NCBI GenBank assembly: GCA_034420695.1
Contig: DAOULB010000054.1
Span: 78,207 to 142,206, forward strand
Reading direction: 5' to 3'
DNA: 64,000 nt
Origin: Dehalococcoidia bacterium
GTDB taxonomy: Bacteria > Chloroflexota > Dehalococcoidia > Lucifugimonadales > UBA3495
In this document: in pieces, positions 43,673 through 53,669 of the stretch
Numbering within the stretch: the stretch's first letter is position 1
Layout of the letters: each line of letters starts with the position of its first letter
Notes under the pieces: model-generated
Told to the model about the DNA's origin: nothing
The model's database searches: none
The model's input: the letters and a program-made list of their open reading frames with translations, nothing else
Made by a program: the position numbers and the translations under genes

Positions 43673-44593
43673 ATGCCCGACCAAGACCAGGTAGTCTTCT
43701 TTAATGGCAGTCTCAAGCTGGAGAAAGAGGTTGGCATTTCTATCCGTGACCGAGGATACCTTTACGGAGATGCAGTTTTCGACGCAACCCGTACATTCAA
43801 TGGGACCCCTTTCAAGTTAAGGGAACATATTCGCCGGCTGTACGATTCCCTCCGCTACCTGCGGATTGACCCCGGAATGGACCCGGAAGCCATGGAACAC
43901 TGGTCCCTGGAAGTGGTGGCGCACAACTACCCTTTGCTGCCTCAGAACCAGGATATGTGGGTGATGCAGAGGATCAGCAGGGGCGTGGAAGCGTCCAATC
44001 CCGACGACGCCCACGCCACGGTGTTGATTGAAAGCCATGCCATACCCTTTGCCAGCCGGGCGTCCCTTTACAGAGACGGCGTCAAGGTTAGGACCCCGTC
44101 CGTGCCCCGGACTCCACCCAGGTTTATGAGCCCCAGGGCCAAGACTCACAACTATCTGAATCTGGTGCTGGGGGACCTGGAAGCTCAAGGAGTGGACCCC
44201 GGCTCGTGGGCTGTGCTACTTGATGAGAATGGCAACCTCACCGAAGGGCGCGGTTCAAACATTTTTCTTGTGAAGGAAGGGCAGTTAAGCACTCCCCACG
44301 GCCAGTATGTGTTGGAAGGCATCACCCGTGAAACGGTGCTGGAATTGGCTGGAGGGCTGGACCTGCCGGCTGTGGAAAAAGACTTGGACCTGTTCGACGC
44401 CTATACTGCTGACGAGGCGTTCCTCACTTCCACAAGCCTCTGTATCTGTCCGGTAGCTTCCGTCAATGGGGCAGTGATTGGCGACGGCGGCCTCCCCGGG
44501 CCAGTTACCAGCAGATTAATGGCGGCCTTTTCCGACTTGGCCGGAATGGACTACGTTTCCCAGTATCTGTCCCACCTTCCTGAAGAGGCCTGA
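43673..44593 (+). CDS. class IV aminotransferase (branched-chain / D-amino-acid aminotransferase family)
   Basis: RGYLYGDAVFD.TRTF.G, K..NYLN and EG.GSNIF..K.G motifs. I prefer the ATG at 43673 over the track start 43532. Confidence 0.85.
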   Translation: MPDQDQVVFFNGSLKLEKEVGISIRDRGYLYGDAVFDATRTFNGTPFKLREHIRRLYDSLRYLRIDPGMDPEAMEHWSLEVVAHNYPLLPQNQDMWVMQRISRGVEASNPDDAHATVLIESHAIPFASRASLYRDGVKVRTPSVPRTPPRFMSPRAKTHNYLNLVLGDLEAQGVDPGSWAVLLDENGNLTEGRGSNIFLVKEGQLSTPHGQYVLEGITRETVLELAGGLDLPAVEKDLDLFDAYTADEAFLTSTSLCICPVASVNGAVIGDGGLPGPVTSRLMAAFSDLAGMDYVSQYLSHLPEEA

Positions 44594-44645
44594 CTTCCGG
44601 CGGCCCCGGCACAATTCAAACTGGGAGAACCGGTAGGAGAAGGCA

Positions 44646-45569
44646 ATGCCTGACGATTTGGACCAAGTATTGGAATCCAGGGACAGCGAGCAGCTGGCTA
44701 CCGGTTTCGAATTCACCGAGGGGCCGCTTTGGCATCCCGGAGGCTACTGGCTCTTCGTGGACGTCCGCCGCAGCATCATCTATAGGTTGGCTCCCGGAGG
44801 GCAGCCGGAGGTGTTCCGGGACAACAGCGGAGGCTCCAATGGACTGACCTTTGATTCGCAGGGCCGTCTCATCATGTGCGAAGGGGACAACCGGCAGATT
44901 GCTAGGATGGAACTGGGCGGCGCCATAACTCCGATAGCCAGCCAACTGAATGGCAAGAGAATCAACCGTCCCAACGACGTGGTGTGTCACAGCAACGGCA
45001 GCATTTACTTTACGGACCCTGGCGGACGGATTCCTGCCGAAGAAAGGGAATTGGACTACTTCGGAGTGCACCGAATTGCCCCCGACGGGACCGTAACCGC
45101 CGCTACCACCGAAACCGAATACCCCAACGGGTTGGGGTTTTCCCCGGACGAGTCCACCCTGTACGTCACCATTACCCGCAGGGATGATGACTGCCCTGCC
45201 GAAAAGGAGCGTGAGGAGGCATGTCCCCACCAGACAATCCGCGCCTTCGACGTTGCGCCCGACGGGTCCCTGGTCAACAACAGGGTCTTTGCCGAGTTGT
45301 CCTCCGCCGAGGACGGCGTTCCCGATGGAATGAAGGTTGACGTTGAGGGCCGTGTCTACAGCACGGGAGCCGGCGGATGTTGGGTATTTGACCCTTCGGG
45401 CAACCACCTAGGGACCATCGTGCTGCCTGAGATTCCCGCCAACTGCGCATGGGGCGGCGCCGACAACCGGACCATGCTCTTCACTGCCCGCAACTCGGTG
45501 TACACCATGAGGATGAAAACGCCGGGCACCACAATCCACGGAGCGGCCCAGGCCGTTTCCTATGGATAG
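44646..45569 (+). CDS. SMP-30/gluconolactonase/LRE family protein
   Basis: FTEGPLWHP, NGLTFD.QGRL..CE, NRPNDVV..S.G.IYFTDP and PNG..FSPDE motifs. Confidence 0.85.
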   Translation: MPDDLDQVLESRDSEQLATGFEFTEGPLWHPGGYWLFVDVRRSIIYRLAPGGQPEVFRDNSGGSNGLTFDSQGRLIMCEGDNRQIARMELGGAITPIASQLNGKRINRPNDVVCHSNGSIYFTDPGGRIPAEERELDYFGVHRIAPDGTVTAATTETEYPNGLGFSPDESTLYVTITRRDDDCPAEKEREEACPHQTIRAFDVAPDGSLVNNRVFAELSSAEDGVPDGMKVDVEGRVYSTGAGGCWVFDPSGNHLGTIVLPEIPANCAWGGADNRTMLFTARNSVYTMRMKTPGTTIHGAAQAVSYG

Positions 45570-45602
45570 CAGCGCAGGCCCCGGCTCTGGTAGGCCCTGA
45601 TC

Positions 45603-45974
45603 ATGCTCTGGCTGATGGTGGCCTTGGGGGGTGGGCTTGGATCCGTGCTTCGTTACTGGGCCCAGAGACTGGCAGTAGCCTACGCGGGCCCGGAAACCGT
45701 CTGGGGCACACTGGCCGTAAACCTGATAGGATCCTTTGCACTTGGCTTTCTATTCACCCTGTTGCTGGTGCGGATTCCAGTGACTCCGGAGGTCCGCACC
45801 TTCCTGACCTTTGGGTTTCTGGGCGGCTTCACCACCTTTTCCACTCTCAGCTATCAGACGGTCAACCTGCTGGAACACGGAATGATCGTCCCTGCATTGG
45901 GAGGCTTGGCGGCCAACGTCGTCTTAGGTTTGGCCTTGGCCTACGCCGGGGTGTTCTTGGCTAGGGCATTGTAG
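45603..45974 (+). CDS. crcB: fluoride efflux channel CrcB/FluC
   Basis: GGGLGSVLRYW and GFLGGFTTFST motifs. 123 aa with four hydrophobic segments. Confidence 0.9.
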   Translation: MLWLMVALGGGLGSVLRYWAQRLAVAYAGPETVWGTLAVNLIGSFALGFLFTLLLVRIPVTPEVRTFLTFGFLGGFTTFSTLSYQTVNLLEHGMIVPALGGLAANVVLGLALAYAGVFLARAL

Positions 45975-46155
45975 TCCGCTAAGGATTGCCAGGGGCATTC
46001 CCGCGACCTGTCGAGGCCGCCGTCCATCAATGGCTCGCCTTGTGTGGCATTCTTGGTGGGTGCTACACTGGTTGAGCGATAGGCCTATTTTCGGCGGCCC
46101 GTGCGGGCGGGTGGTCTCCCCTCTCTATCATCCCAAGGAGTTGGCCTTGCCTTCC

Positions 46156-47067
46156 ATGAACCACCTGATTGTTCACCAGGAGCTGCAGAGGAGCTATGAC
46201 TGTTTGGTGGTGGCCTTCGGCGGGTGGGCCGACGCCGCCGAAGCAGCTACTACTCCAATTAAGTACCTGAACCGCAACTTGCAGGCAGCTAAATTTGCCG
46301 AATTGGACCCTGAGGAGTTCTACGACTTCACTCAGACCCGCCCCTACACTACCAGGAACAGGAGCGGCAAGAGGCGAGTCCACTGGCCGGCCAATGAGTT
46401 TTACCATTGGACGCCGGGGGACTCGATCAAGGATGAAGTCGGCCAGGGAGTGATCTTTTACTTGGGAGTTGAACCCAACCTGAAATGGAGGACCTTCACG
46501 GAAACCGTCATTGGAATGGTCCAGGGCCTGGGTGTTAAAACAGTGGTTCATTTGGGGGCCCTGTTGGATGCGGTCCCACACACTCGGGAATGCCGCCTCA
46601 CCGGTTCTTCCACCCGCCCCGACATCCAGGAAATCTTCGACGACGCGGGCATTCGCTCTTCCAAATACCAAGGCCCTACGGGTATCAGTTCGGTGTTCAT
46701 GGAAGGCTGCACCAACGCCGGGATGGACTACGTATCCCTTTGGGGACACACGCCTCACTATTTGCAGGCTGCCCCCAACTACCGGGTGGCCTACACTCTG
46801 TTCAGAAGACTCCAGGCATTCCTCGAGTTGCCAGTGGGCGCCAGAGAACTCCGGTCCGCCGCCGAGACTTTCGACAAAGAAGTAGACAAGGCCATCGAGC
46901 AGGACGAGCAAGTGCGCAACTACGTCCAGAAGTTGGAAAACCAATATGACGAGTCGGTGGCTGAAACAGAAATTCCCGACCCGTTGGACATGGTCCGTGA
47001 CTTGGAGCAGTTCCTCAGGTCAGAACAGCAGCAGAGACGGCGGCCAGGCTCCGGCGATGGCGACTAA
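46156..47067 (+). CDS. PAC2 (proteasome assembly chaperone 2-like) family protein
   Basis: LVVAFGGWADAAEAAT.....L near the N-terminus and overall length fit the bacterial PAC2 family as I recall it. I prefer the ATG at 46156. Confidence 0.6.
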   Translation: MNHLIVHQELQRSYDCLVVAFGGWADAAEAATTPIKYLNRNLQAAKFAELDPEEFYDFTQTRPYTTRNRSGKRRVHWPANEFYHWTPGDSIKDEVGQGVIFYLGVEPNLKWRTFTETVIGMVQGLGVKTVVHLGALLDAVPHTRECRLTGSSTRPDIQEIFDDAGIRSSKYQGPTGISSVFMEGCTNAGMDYVSLWGHTPHYLQAAPNYRVAYTLFRRLQAFLELPVGARELRSAAETFDKEVDKAIEQDEQVRNYVQKLENQYDESVAETEIPDPLDMVRDLEQFLRSEQQQRRRPGSGDGD

Positions 47068-47142
47068 CCCGTAACTGGCGCAGGATCCGGATTCCCTCGC
47101 GGCATTGGCCGAGTCCATCGATTTGCTAATAAGTACGTTTAA

Positions 47143-47976
47143 ATGGCCCGCCGGATGACAACCCAGAAGAAAACGAGGTCCACCAAGGTCGCCCTCGCCA
47201 AGATCCCTCAGTACGTTCAGTTAATGACGGACGCCTACGGCCCCTTCGAAGAGGAACCCAGGCTCGACCCCGCGCATGAAGCCGTGTTCACCATCCTTTC
47301 CCAGCACACCTCGGACATCAACTCGGGACGTGCCTTCAAGATGCTGATGGACCGGTTCGATAGCTTGGAGAAGGTCGCAGAGGGTGATGTTGCCGACATA
47401 GAAGACGCCATAAGCCCCGGCGGACTGGCCAGGGTCAAGGCGCCCCGGATCAAGGAATTCCTGAACCGCGTGCTGGAGCTGAACGGCTCCCTGGACCTGT
47501 CGTTCCTTGCAGAAATGCCCTTGGAGGAGGCAAAGGCCTGGCTTCGCCAACTCCCCGGGATCGGTCCCAAGTCTGCTGGAATAGTTTTGAACTTCGCCTT
47601 GGGGATGCCGGCAATGGCCATCGACACCCACATCTACCGGGTTTGTCAACGGTTGAAATTCATCGGCCCCAAGGTCTCGGTGGATAAGGCCCACGAAGTG
47701 CTGGAGGCCGCCGTGGCTCCCGGTCAAGTGTTCCAATTCCACGTTGCTATGATTAATCATGGCCGCCGGGTATGTAAGGCCCAGCGGCCCCTCTGTGATG
47801 AGTGCATCGTCGCTGAAGATTGCCCGTCACGGCGCCAGATCCAGCGCCGTATGCTGCAGGCTGCCAAGAAGGCTAGGTCCTCCCGAACCAAGGGACGCGG
47901 GGAGTCGCTAATGACCATGCCCCACGTCCCGGAAGCAGTGCCCCGGAAGAATGGTGATTCGCCAGAGGAATCGTGA
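47143..47976 (+). CDS. nth: endonuclease III-like HhH-GPD DNA glycosylase
   Basis: LPGIGPKSAGIVL helix-hairpin-helix, IDTHI.RV, and a C-terminal C.....C..C.....C FeS cluster loop. Basic C-terminal tail. Confidence 0.85.
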   Translation: MARRMTTQKKTRSTKVALAKIPQYVQLMTDAYGPFEEEPRLDPAHEAVFTILSQHTSDINSGRAFKMLMDRFDSLEKVAEGDVADIEDAISPGGLARVKAPRIKEFLNRVLELNGSLDLSFLAEMPLEEAKAWLRQLPGIGPKSAGIVLNFALGMPAMAIDTHIYRVCQRLKFIGPKVSVDKAHEVLEAAVAPGQVFQFHVAMINHGRRVCKAQRPLCDECIVAEDCPSRRQIQRRMLQAAKKARSSRTKGRGESLMTMPHVPEAVPRKNGDSPEES

Positions 47977-47988
47977 GGGAGATTAGCC

Positions 47989-49020
47989 GTGAAAGTAGGA
48001 ATAGTTAACGTAACAGGTTACGCCGGATCCGAACTGGCCCGGATCCTTTACCAGCACCCGGACGTGGAAATCGCCTGCGTTACCGGCCGGAGCGAGGCCG
48101 GGAAGCAACTTGGCGACGTGTTCCCCCATCTTGCGTCCTTGGATCTGACAATTGAACCAGAGCTCACCGGGAGCCTGGATCTGGTGTTCTCTGCCCTTCC
48201 CCATAAGGCCAGTGCCGAGGCGGTGATTCCGGTGCTGGAGCAGGGTGTCAAGGTGGTGGACATAAGCGCAGACTTCCGTTTGAAACAGGCCGACGAATAC
48301 GAGGAGTGGTACGGGGTTGCTCATCCCGATGCAACTTACCTTGAAGATGCGGTGTACGGCCTGACCGAGCTGCACCGGGACGAAGTCAGAGAGGCCCAAC
48401 TGGTCGCCAACCCCGGCTGCTATCCCACCAGCGCTATCCTTGCCTTGGCCCCCGTGGTGCAAGAGGAATTCATCGATAACGACGTAATTGTCGACAGCAA
48501 GTCCGGAGTCTCTGGCGGCGGCCGTACCTTGAATCTGACCAACCACTATTCGGAAGTAAACGAGAACGTCTTCGCCTATGGACTGAGCGGACACAGGCAC
48601 CTGCCGGAGATAGTGCAGGAGCTGGCCCCTCTTACCCGGGAGACACTCCGCGTCACCTTCCTGACCCACCTCATCCCGATGACCCGGGGAATCCTCAGCT
48701 CCTGTTACGCGGGTTCCCGGGAGGGAAGACTGCAGGACGGGGCCGCCGGGGTGGAACAGTTGCGGGAGCTTTACCAGGACTACTACGCCGGCCACCCCTT
48801 TGTGCGAATCACCAGCCAGCCGCCCCAGACCAAGCAGACTCTGGGAAACAACCTGTGCCTCCTCTATCCGACGCTGGACCACCGCACCGGCCGTGTAATC
48901 GTAATAAGTTGCTTGGACAACCTGGTCAAGGGGGCCGCAGGACAGGCCGTACAGAACATGAACCTGATGTGCGGGTTCCCTGAAGGCGAATCATTGGATG
49001 CACTGGCAGTTTACCCGTAG
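47989..49020 (+). CDS. argC: N-acetyl-gamma-glutamyl-phosphate reductase
   Basis: KVGIVNVTGYAGSEL and the catalytic region NPGCYPTS. GTG start. Confidence 0.95.
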   Translation: MKVGIVNVTGYAGSELARILYQHPDVEIACVTGRSEAGKQLGDVFPHLASLDLTIEPELTGSLDLVFSALPHKASAEAVIPVLEQGVKVVDISADFRLKQADEYEEWYGVAHPDATYLEDAVYGLTELHRDEVREAQLVANPGCYPTSAILALAPVVQEEFIDNDVIVDSKSGVSGGGRTLNLTNHYSEVNENVFAYGLSGHRHLPEIVQELAPLTRETLRVTFLTHLIPMTRGILSSCYAGSREGRLQDGAAGVEQLRELYQDYYAGHPFVRITSQPPQTKQTLGNNLCLLYPTLDHRTGRVIVISCLDNLVKGAAGQAVQNMNLMCGFPEGESLDALAVYP

Positions 49021-49070
49021 CCAAACCGGGGTTAGCCAAGCGTAGGGTAACTATAGTAGAATGGAAGGGT

Positions 49071-49147
49071 GCCCCGGTCGTCTAGCCTGGCAGGACGCCA
49101 CCCTTTCAAGGTGGAGATCAGGGGATCGAAGCCCCTCCGGGGTACCA
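49071..49147 (+). tRNA. tRNA-Glu (anticodon UUC), CCA encoded
   Basis: Hand fold: acceptor GCCCCGG/CCGGGGT, anticodon stem CCACC/GGTGG with loop CT-TTC-AA, T-arm AGGGG ATCGAAG CCCCT. Confidence 0.9.
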
Positions 49148-49163
49148 GGCAAGACTCGAACAC

Positions 49164-49200
49164 AAGAGCCCGGCAGAAACATCGCCGGGCTCTTCTTCGT
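49164..49200 (+). terminator. intrinsic terminator after tRNA-Glu
   Basis: AAGAGCCCGGC agaaacatc GCCGGGCTCTT 11-bp stem followed by CTTCGTTCC. Confidence 0.6.
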
Positions 49201-49439
49201 TCCTTCCATGAAGGCGTTCCTCTGTTGGGACTAGCCCTTCTGTGAGTAGCCCAGTAGGGCGGCTAATTGCACGTGCCGGTCTCTCTTGAGCCGCTTCGGT
49301 TGCCGGAATCATGCCCGCTGAGTGTAGACACCCGTTCTCCCAACCATCTCTCAATACGTACTCTGCGGTGGGACAGGAGCGAACGTCCATGTAAGTGTTT
49401 CTGTTCCCGCCCATTCTTGTCTGCCCTGACCCTTCACGC

Positions 49440-49469
49440 TTGGAATGAGCCCTTTAGGCGTGCTATGAT
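49440..49469 (+). promoter_or_regulatory. possible promoter TTGGAA-N18-TATGAT for ybeY-dnaX, bracketed by an inverted repeat
   Basis: TTGGAA tgagccctttaggcgtgc TATGAT. The inverted repeat TGAGCCC (49446..49452) / GGGCTCA (49471..49477) flanks the -10. Confidence 0.3.
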
Positions 49470-49539
49470 TGGGCTCAGTTCGGCCTGTGTTTTTGAGGCG
49501 TGGAAGAGCCTTTCGACCCCTTGCTTATTTCCAAGGTGC

Positions 49540-50121
49540 GTGTTGAGTTCCCGGACCAGCAGGCAAGTCTACGTCACCATTGAGGAACCTTTTCAAGGGG
49601 AACTTTCGCCCGATTGGGTGTCCCTGGTGACTACCGCAGCCATGTCGCAAGCCTTGTCTCCCGGTCGGGAAGCCCAAGTAGCGGTGCTCATCACCGGGGA
49701 CGAGACCGTAAGACAGCTCAACCGGGACTACCGTGGGGTTGATGAAGTGACGGATGTACTCTCCTTTTCGGCCGAGCACTCCGGCCCTTGGCAGGGAGAT
49801 TCCCCGCCTCTAGGAGATTGGTTCCCTGAGCAGGGGAACCCCGGAGAAAGCTTCGAATTCATGCTGCCCCCCGGTGAACTTCCGCCCTTGGGAGAGGTTG
49901 TCGTTTCATATCCTCAGACCCGCCGCCAGGCCTTGGAGCGTCAACCCCTCGAGCCGGATGCAGTGGGCCGGGAACTCGCTCTCCTGCTGGTCCACGGAGT
50001 GCTTCACTTGGTAGGCTACGACCACGGCGAGTCGGCGGAGACCGCCAGGATGCAGGCAAGAGAGCGGGCGACCTTGGCCTCCCTCAATCCATACGGAGAT
50101 GCGGGAACCGGACTGAAATGA
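49540..50121 (+). CDS. ybeY: rRNA maturation RNase YbeY
   Basis: TDVLSF and the zinc motif HGVLHLVGYDH. The track ORF (from 49267) is far too long for YbeY. GTG 49540 or TTG 49543 follow AAGG. Confidence 0.85.
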   Translation: MLSSRTSRQVYVTIEEPFQGELSPDWVSLVTTAAMSQALSPGREAQVAVLITGDETVRQLNRDYRGVDEVTDVLSFSAEHSGPWQGDSPPLGDWFPEQGNPGESFEFMLPPGELPPLGEVVVSYPQTRRQALERQPLEPDAVGRELALLLVHGVLHLVGYDHGESAETARMQARERATLASLNPYGDAGTGLK

Positions 50122-51785
50122 CATCTCAAGTCTTCTACCGCAAATGGAGGCCCTTGAGCTTCCAGCAGTTGGCAGGCCAGGAGCACGTCGCCGCCACTTT
50201 GCGTCAGTCCATTAACTTGGACAGGATTTCCCATTCCTACCTTTTTTGTGGCCCCAGAGGCAGCGGAAAGACCACCACAGCTCGGATAATTGCCAAGGCA
50301 GTCAATTGTTTGAACTTGTGCCAAGGCGACCCATGCAACGAGTGCTCGGTTTGTCAATCGGTTAACGACGGCCGGTTCATGGACATTATCGAAATGGACG
50401 CCGCCAGCAACCGTGGCATAGATGAAATCCGGGACATCCGGGAAAAGGTGAATTTTGCGCCGGTGCAGGGTCGCCGTAAGGTTTACATAATTGACGAAGC
50501 CCATATGCTCACGGATCAAGCCTCAAACGCCTTCCTGAAGACGCTGGAAGAGCCTCCGGCCCACGTGATGTTCATCCTCTGCACCACCGAAGCGCACAAG
50601 ATTCTTCCTACGATTGTGTCCAGGTGCCAGCGGTTCGACTTCAGGCGCATCCCTTCCAACGTAATTTTCCAGCGGCTGGAAGAGATTACCCAAGCAGAAG
50701 GTTCAGCGGTCAGTGCTGATGCCCTTCGGTTGGTGGCCCGCTATGCCGAGGGAAGCCTGCGGGACGCCGAAAACCTGCTGGAACAATTGGTGGTTTCCAG
50801 CGGTGAAGAAGTTAACCTGGAAGCCGTGGAAGAATTGCTTGGCTTAGGCAACAGTGAAAGATGGCTGGAACTGGCTGAGCATCTGCTTATGGGCAACACA
50901 AACGGCGGCTTGGATGTGGTCAATCAGGCCGCTTGGAGTGGCACAGACGTTCGGCAGATGCACCGCCAGACCGTGGACTTGCTCCGGGCATCCATGCTTT
51001 TGAAATGGGGCAACGCCTCCATGGTTGAATTACCTGACCACGTAACCATCCAGTTGCAGGAACTGGTGGGACAGTTGCCTCCCTGGCGCATTATGAAAGC
51101 GTTGAAGATATGGGGAGAGGTCAATCTGCGTTACGATGCCCCATCCACCTTGCCTCTGGAGTTGGCGGTGGTGGAGATCTGCGATGACCAGGCTGTTCCA
51201 TCAGCAGTTCTTCGAGCTGCTGTCCCACCATATCAGGCTGCGTCTCCGGACCGAGCTCAACCAAGGTCGGTGCAGTATGGTCCCATAAGACCTCCGGCCG
51301 CGGAACCCATTGATGCGGCCCGCTCCGGCCCGCGCGCCGATCTTCGACACAGGCAGCCGGCAGCGGTAGCAAACTTGTCCGGCACCACCTCCCATTCAGT
51401 GGCAGCCGTCGACGGGGACTTCGAGTCCCGCTGGATGGCGGCCGTCAAAGAATTGGGCCGCCACAAGGGGAAAAAGTACAACCTGGGCGCGCTCCTCCGG
51501 GATTGCAAGTCCGACGGAGTCAGCGTGGAAGGCGATACTATGGTCCTGGCTTTTAGCCACCGCACCCATTTGGAACGCATGCAGGAAGAGATGGATGACC
51601 CAATGGGCAAGAGGACAGTAGGGGAAACGGTGGCCAAACACTTCGGCTCCCCATACGACTTCAAACTCGTACTGGCTGGGAGTGATGGAAACGGAGGGGG
51701 CAATATCAAGCCCTCCCAGAGCAGTCCACTGGTACGTACTGCCTTGGGAATGGGAGCGCGCATCCTGGAGGAAACAGCAGAATGA
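50118..51785 (+). CDS. dnaX: DNA polymerase III subunit gamma/tau
   Basis: YRKWRP..F..L.GQEHV, GPRGSGKTTTARI, Zn module C..C..C, and IIDEAHML. Confidence 0.95.
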   Translation: MTSQVFYRKWRPLSFQQLAGQEHVAATLRQSINLDRISHSYLFCGPRGSGKTTTARIIAKAVNCLNLCQGDPCNECSVCQSVNDGRFMDIIEMDAASNRGIDEIRDIREKVNFAPVQGRRKVYIIDEAHMLTDQASNAFLKTLEEPPAHVMFILCTTEAHKILPTIVSRCQRFDFRRIPSNVIFQRLEEITQAEGSAVSADALRLVARYAEGSLRDAENLLEQLVVSSGEEVNLEAVEELLGLGNSERWLELAEHLLMGNTNGGLDVVNQAAWSGTDVRQMHRQTVDLLRASMLLKWGNASMVELPDHVTIQLQELVGQLPPWRIMKALKIWGEVNLRYDAPSTLPLELAVVEICDDQAVPSAVLRAAVPPYQAASPDRAQPRSVQYGPIRPPAAEPIDAARSGPRADLRHRQPAAVANLSGTTSHSVAAVDGDFESRWMAAVKELGRHKGKKYNLGALLRDCKSDGVSVEGDTMVLAFSHRTHLERMQEEMDDPMGKRTVGETVAKHFGSPYDFKLVLAGSDGNGGGNIKPSQSSPLVRTALGMGARILEETAE

Positions 51786-52138
51786 ACCGCCAATTCAGGC
51801 GAAGGCAAATGAGGGCCAGCGGCCAAACAGGTGGCGGCGGACAGGGGGCCCAAGCCCAACAACTGCAGGCCCAGCTTCAGAAAATCCAGGAACTCCAATC
51901 TGAACTCGAGGCTATGACTGTCGAGGGTTCGTCCGGCGGCGGCGTGGTGAAAGTCACCATGTCGGGTAAGCAGACCGTAGAGTCTGTATTTATTGCCGAA
52001 GAAGCTGTGGAAGATATAGAACTCTTGCAGGACTTGGTAGTTGCCGCAATTAACGACGCCATGACCAAGGCCCAGGAGATGGCGGCAGAGAAAATGGGGG
52101 GCATCACCGGAGGTCTGAACATACCGGGATTGTCCTGA
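51782..52138 (+). CDS. ybaB: YbaB/EbfC nucleoid-associated protein
   Basis: GGGVVKVTMSGKQ....I.......D.E.L.DLV.AA.NDA pattern. ATGA overlap with the dnaX stop. Confidence 0.9.
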   Translation: MNRQFRRRQMRASGQTGGGGQGAQAQQLQAQLQKIQELQSELEAMTVEGSSGGGVVKVTMSGKQTVESVFIAEEAVEDIELLQDLVVAAINDAMTKAQEMAAEKMGGITGGLNIPGLS

Positions 52139-52142
52139 AAGA

Positions 52143-52757
52143 ATGGCCACCGAACCCTTGCCATCGGCTTCCCCCTCCTTGACCAAGCTTGTAGCCGAGT
52201 TGAACAAGCTTCCCGGCATTGGTCCCAAGTCTGCCCAGCGGCTGGCCTACTATCTCATAAGATTGCCGGAACTGGACGCTTACGCCTTGGCCGACGCCAT
52301 AACCGCGGTCAAGAAGAGCGTCGTTTACTGCCAGTTATGCCAGAACGTGAGCGACTCCTCCCCCTGCCCAATCTGCGCCGATTCCCAGCGCAATTCGGAG
52401 GTGGTCTGCGTGGTGGAGGACCCACTGGACGTCTTGGCCTTGGAGAAGACCCGCTGTTTTCATGGTTTGTACCATGTCCTTCATGGGGCCATTTCACCCC
52501 TTAACGGCATCGGCCCCGACCAGTTGAAGATTAAGGAACTTCTGAAAAGGTTGGCCGGTGGCCAGGTGAAAGAGTTGGTAATAGCCACCAATCCCACCTT
52601 GGAAGGAGAAGCCACCGCCATGTTCATTCGCCGCAACGTGGACTCGGCAGGGTTGAAGATCACTCATCTTGCCCGTGGTTTGCCCGTGGGCGGCTCTCTG
52701 GAGTATTCCGACGAGTTGACTCTCAGCCGGGCATTTCAGGGTCGCCAGGAGCTATAG
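52143..52757 (+). CDS. recR: recombination protein RecR
   Basis: LPGIGPKSAQRLAY HhH, C4 zinc finger C..C.....C..C, and Toprim domain. Confidence 0.95.
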   Translation: MATEPLPSASPSLTKLVAELNKLPGIGPKSAQRLAYYLIRLPELDAYALADAITAVKKSVVYCQLCQNVSDSSPCPICADSQRNSEVVCVVEDPLDVLALEKTRCFHGLYHVLHGAISPLNGIGPDQLKIKELLKRLAGGQVKELVIATNPTLEGEATAMFIRRNVDSAGLKITHLARGLPVGGSLEYSDELTLSRAFQGRQEL

Positions 52758-52784
52758 AGGGGACTCCGTTTCTGGAGCCCAAGT

Positions 52785-53558
52785 ATGCCTGCTCCCAGGC
52801 TCTATCAGTCCGAAGCCTTGGTACTAAGGAAGGTCTCTCTGGGAGAGGCTGACCTCCTTGTGACCTTGTATTCCAAGGCCCAGGGTAAGTTGCGGGCCGT
52901 CGGCAAGGGGGCTCGCAGGAATTCCAGCAAACTCGTGGGCCACTTGGAACCCCTCACCCAGGTTGACCTGTCTTTGGCTCGTGGTAAGAACCTGGATGTC
53001 ATTACTCAAGCCCAGGTCCTGACCAACTTTCCGCCGCTCAAGGACCACCTCGAGGCCATCACCAAGGGTATGTACGTGGCCGAGTTGGTGGACGGCTTTG
53101 GCTCTGAGGGCCAGCCTAATCCAGCCCTCTATCTCCTGGCATTGCAAAGCCTGCGCAACATTGCCGCCGCGCCCGAGTCCAACTTGCCCTTGCGCTATTT
53201 CGAGTTTCGGTTGCTGCAAGTCTCGGGTCTGATGCCCGAGCTATACCATTGCGTTGAATGCCGACGGCCCTTGGAGCAGGGAAAGCACCGTTTCAGCCCC
53301 AACGTGGGCGGAGTGGTCTGCCTGGATTGCAATCCGGAAGAGGCCAGGTTGCGTAACTTATCGCTACGGGCACTCAAGGTTCTCCGGCTGTTCCATCGAG
53401 GTTCCCCGGAAGAAGCCATCAAGATCCGTCTCGATGTCAGCTCGGACCAGGAGCTAAAGGCTCTACTGGTTTCCTCGGTGTCCTTCTGGCTGGAAAAGGA
53501 AATTCGCTCTAACTCGCTGATAGAGCGCCTTCAACAGAGTCAGGATTTAAGAGTATAA
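52785..53558 (+). CDS. recO: DNA repair protein RecO
   Basis: EALVLRK...GEADLLVTLYS...GK..AV.KGARR OB-fold N-terminus and zinc motif C..C.......C..C. Confidence 0.9.
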   Translation: MPAPRLYQSEALVLRKVSLGEADLLVTLYSKAQGKLRAVGKGARRNSSKLVGHLEPLTQVDLSLARGKNLDVITQAQVLTNFPPLKDHLEAITKGMYVAELVDGFGSEGQPNPALYLLALQSLRNIAAAPESNLPLRYFEFRLLQVSGLMPELYHCVECRRPLEQGKHRFSPNVGGVVCLDCNPEEARLRNLSLRALKVLRLFHRGSPEEAIKIRLDVSSDQELKALLVSSVSFWLEKEIRSNSLIERLQQSQDLRV

Positions 53559-53669
53559 ATTAGCCGATTGCCAAAGGGCCCTTATTGAGACCTTGAAACG
53601 AAATGATGTGGCCGAGGCACCGAGAAATCGGGGTGGAGCGGCCAGCTTCCGCATAGTGAGAATGGGAAC

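Noticed and set aside
45570-45602. Fluoride riboswitch in front of crcB.
   Set aside because: Only 33 nt separate crcB from the upstream SMP-30 gene, which leaves no room for the crcB motif.
49195-49540. SRP RNA, 6S RNA or another known ncRNA upstream of dnaX-ybaB-recR, by analogy with Bacillus scr-dnaX.
   Set aside because: No GGAAGCAGCC-type SRP domain IV motif is present on either strand, and I found no RNase P or tmRNA signature.
51467-51477. dnaX programmed frameshift site at GGG AAA AAG.
   Set aside because: It is not a canonical X XXY YYZ heptamer in the zero frame. It also lies near the C-terminus rather than at the domain III/IV boundary where gamma is produced.
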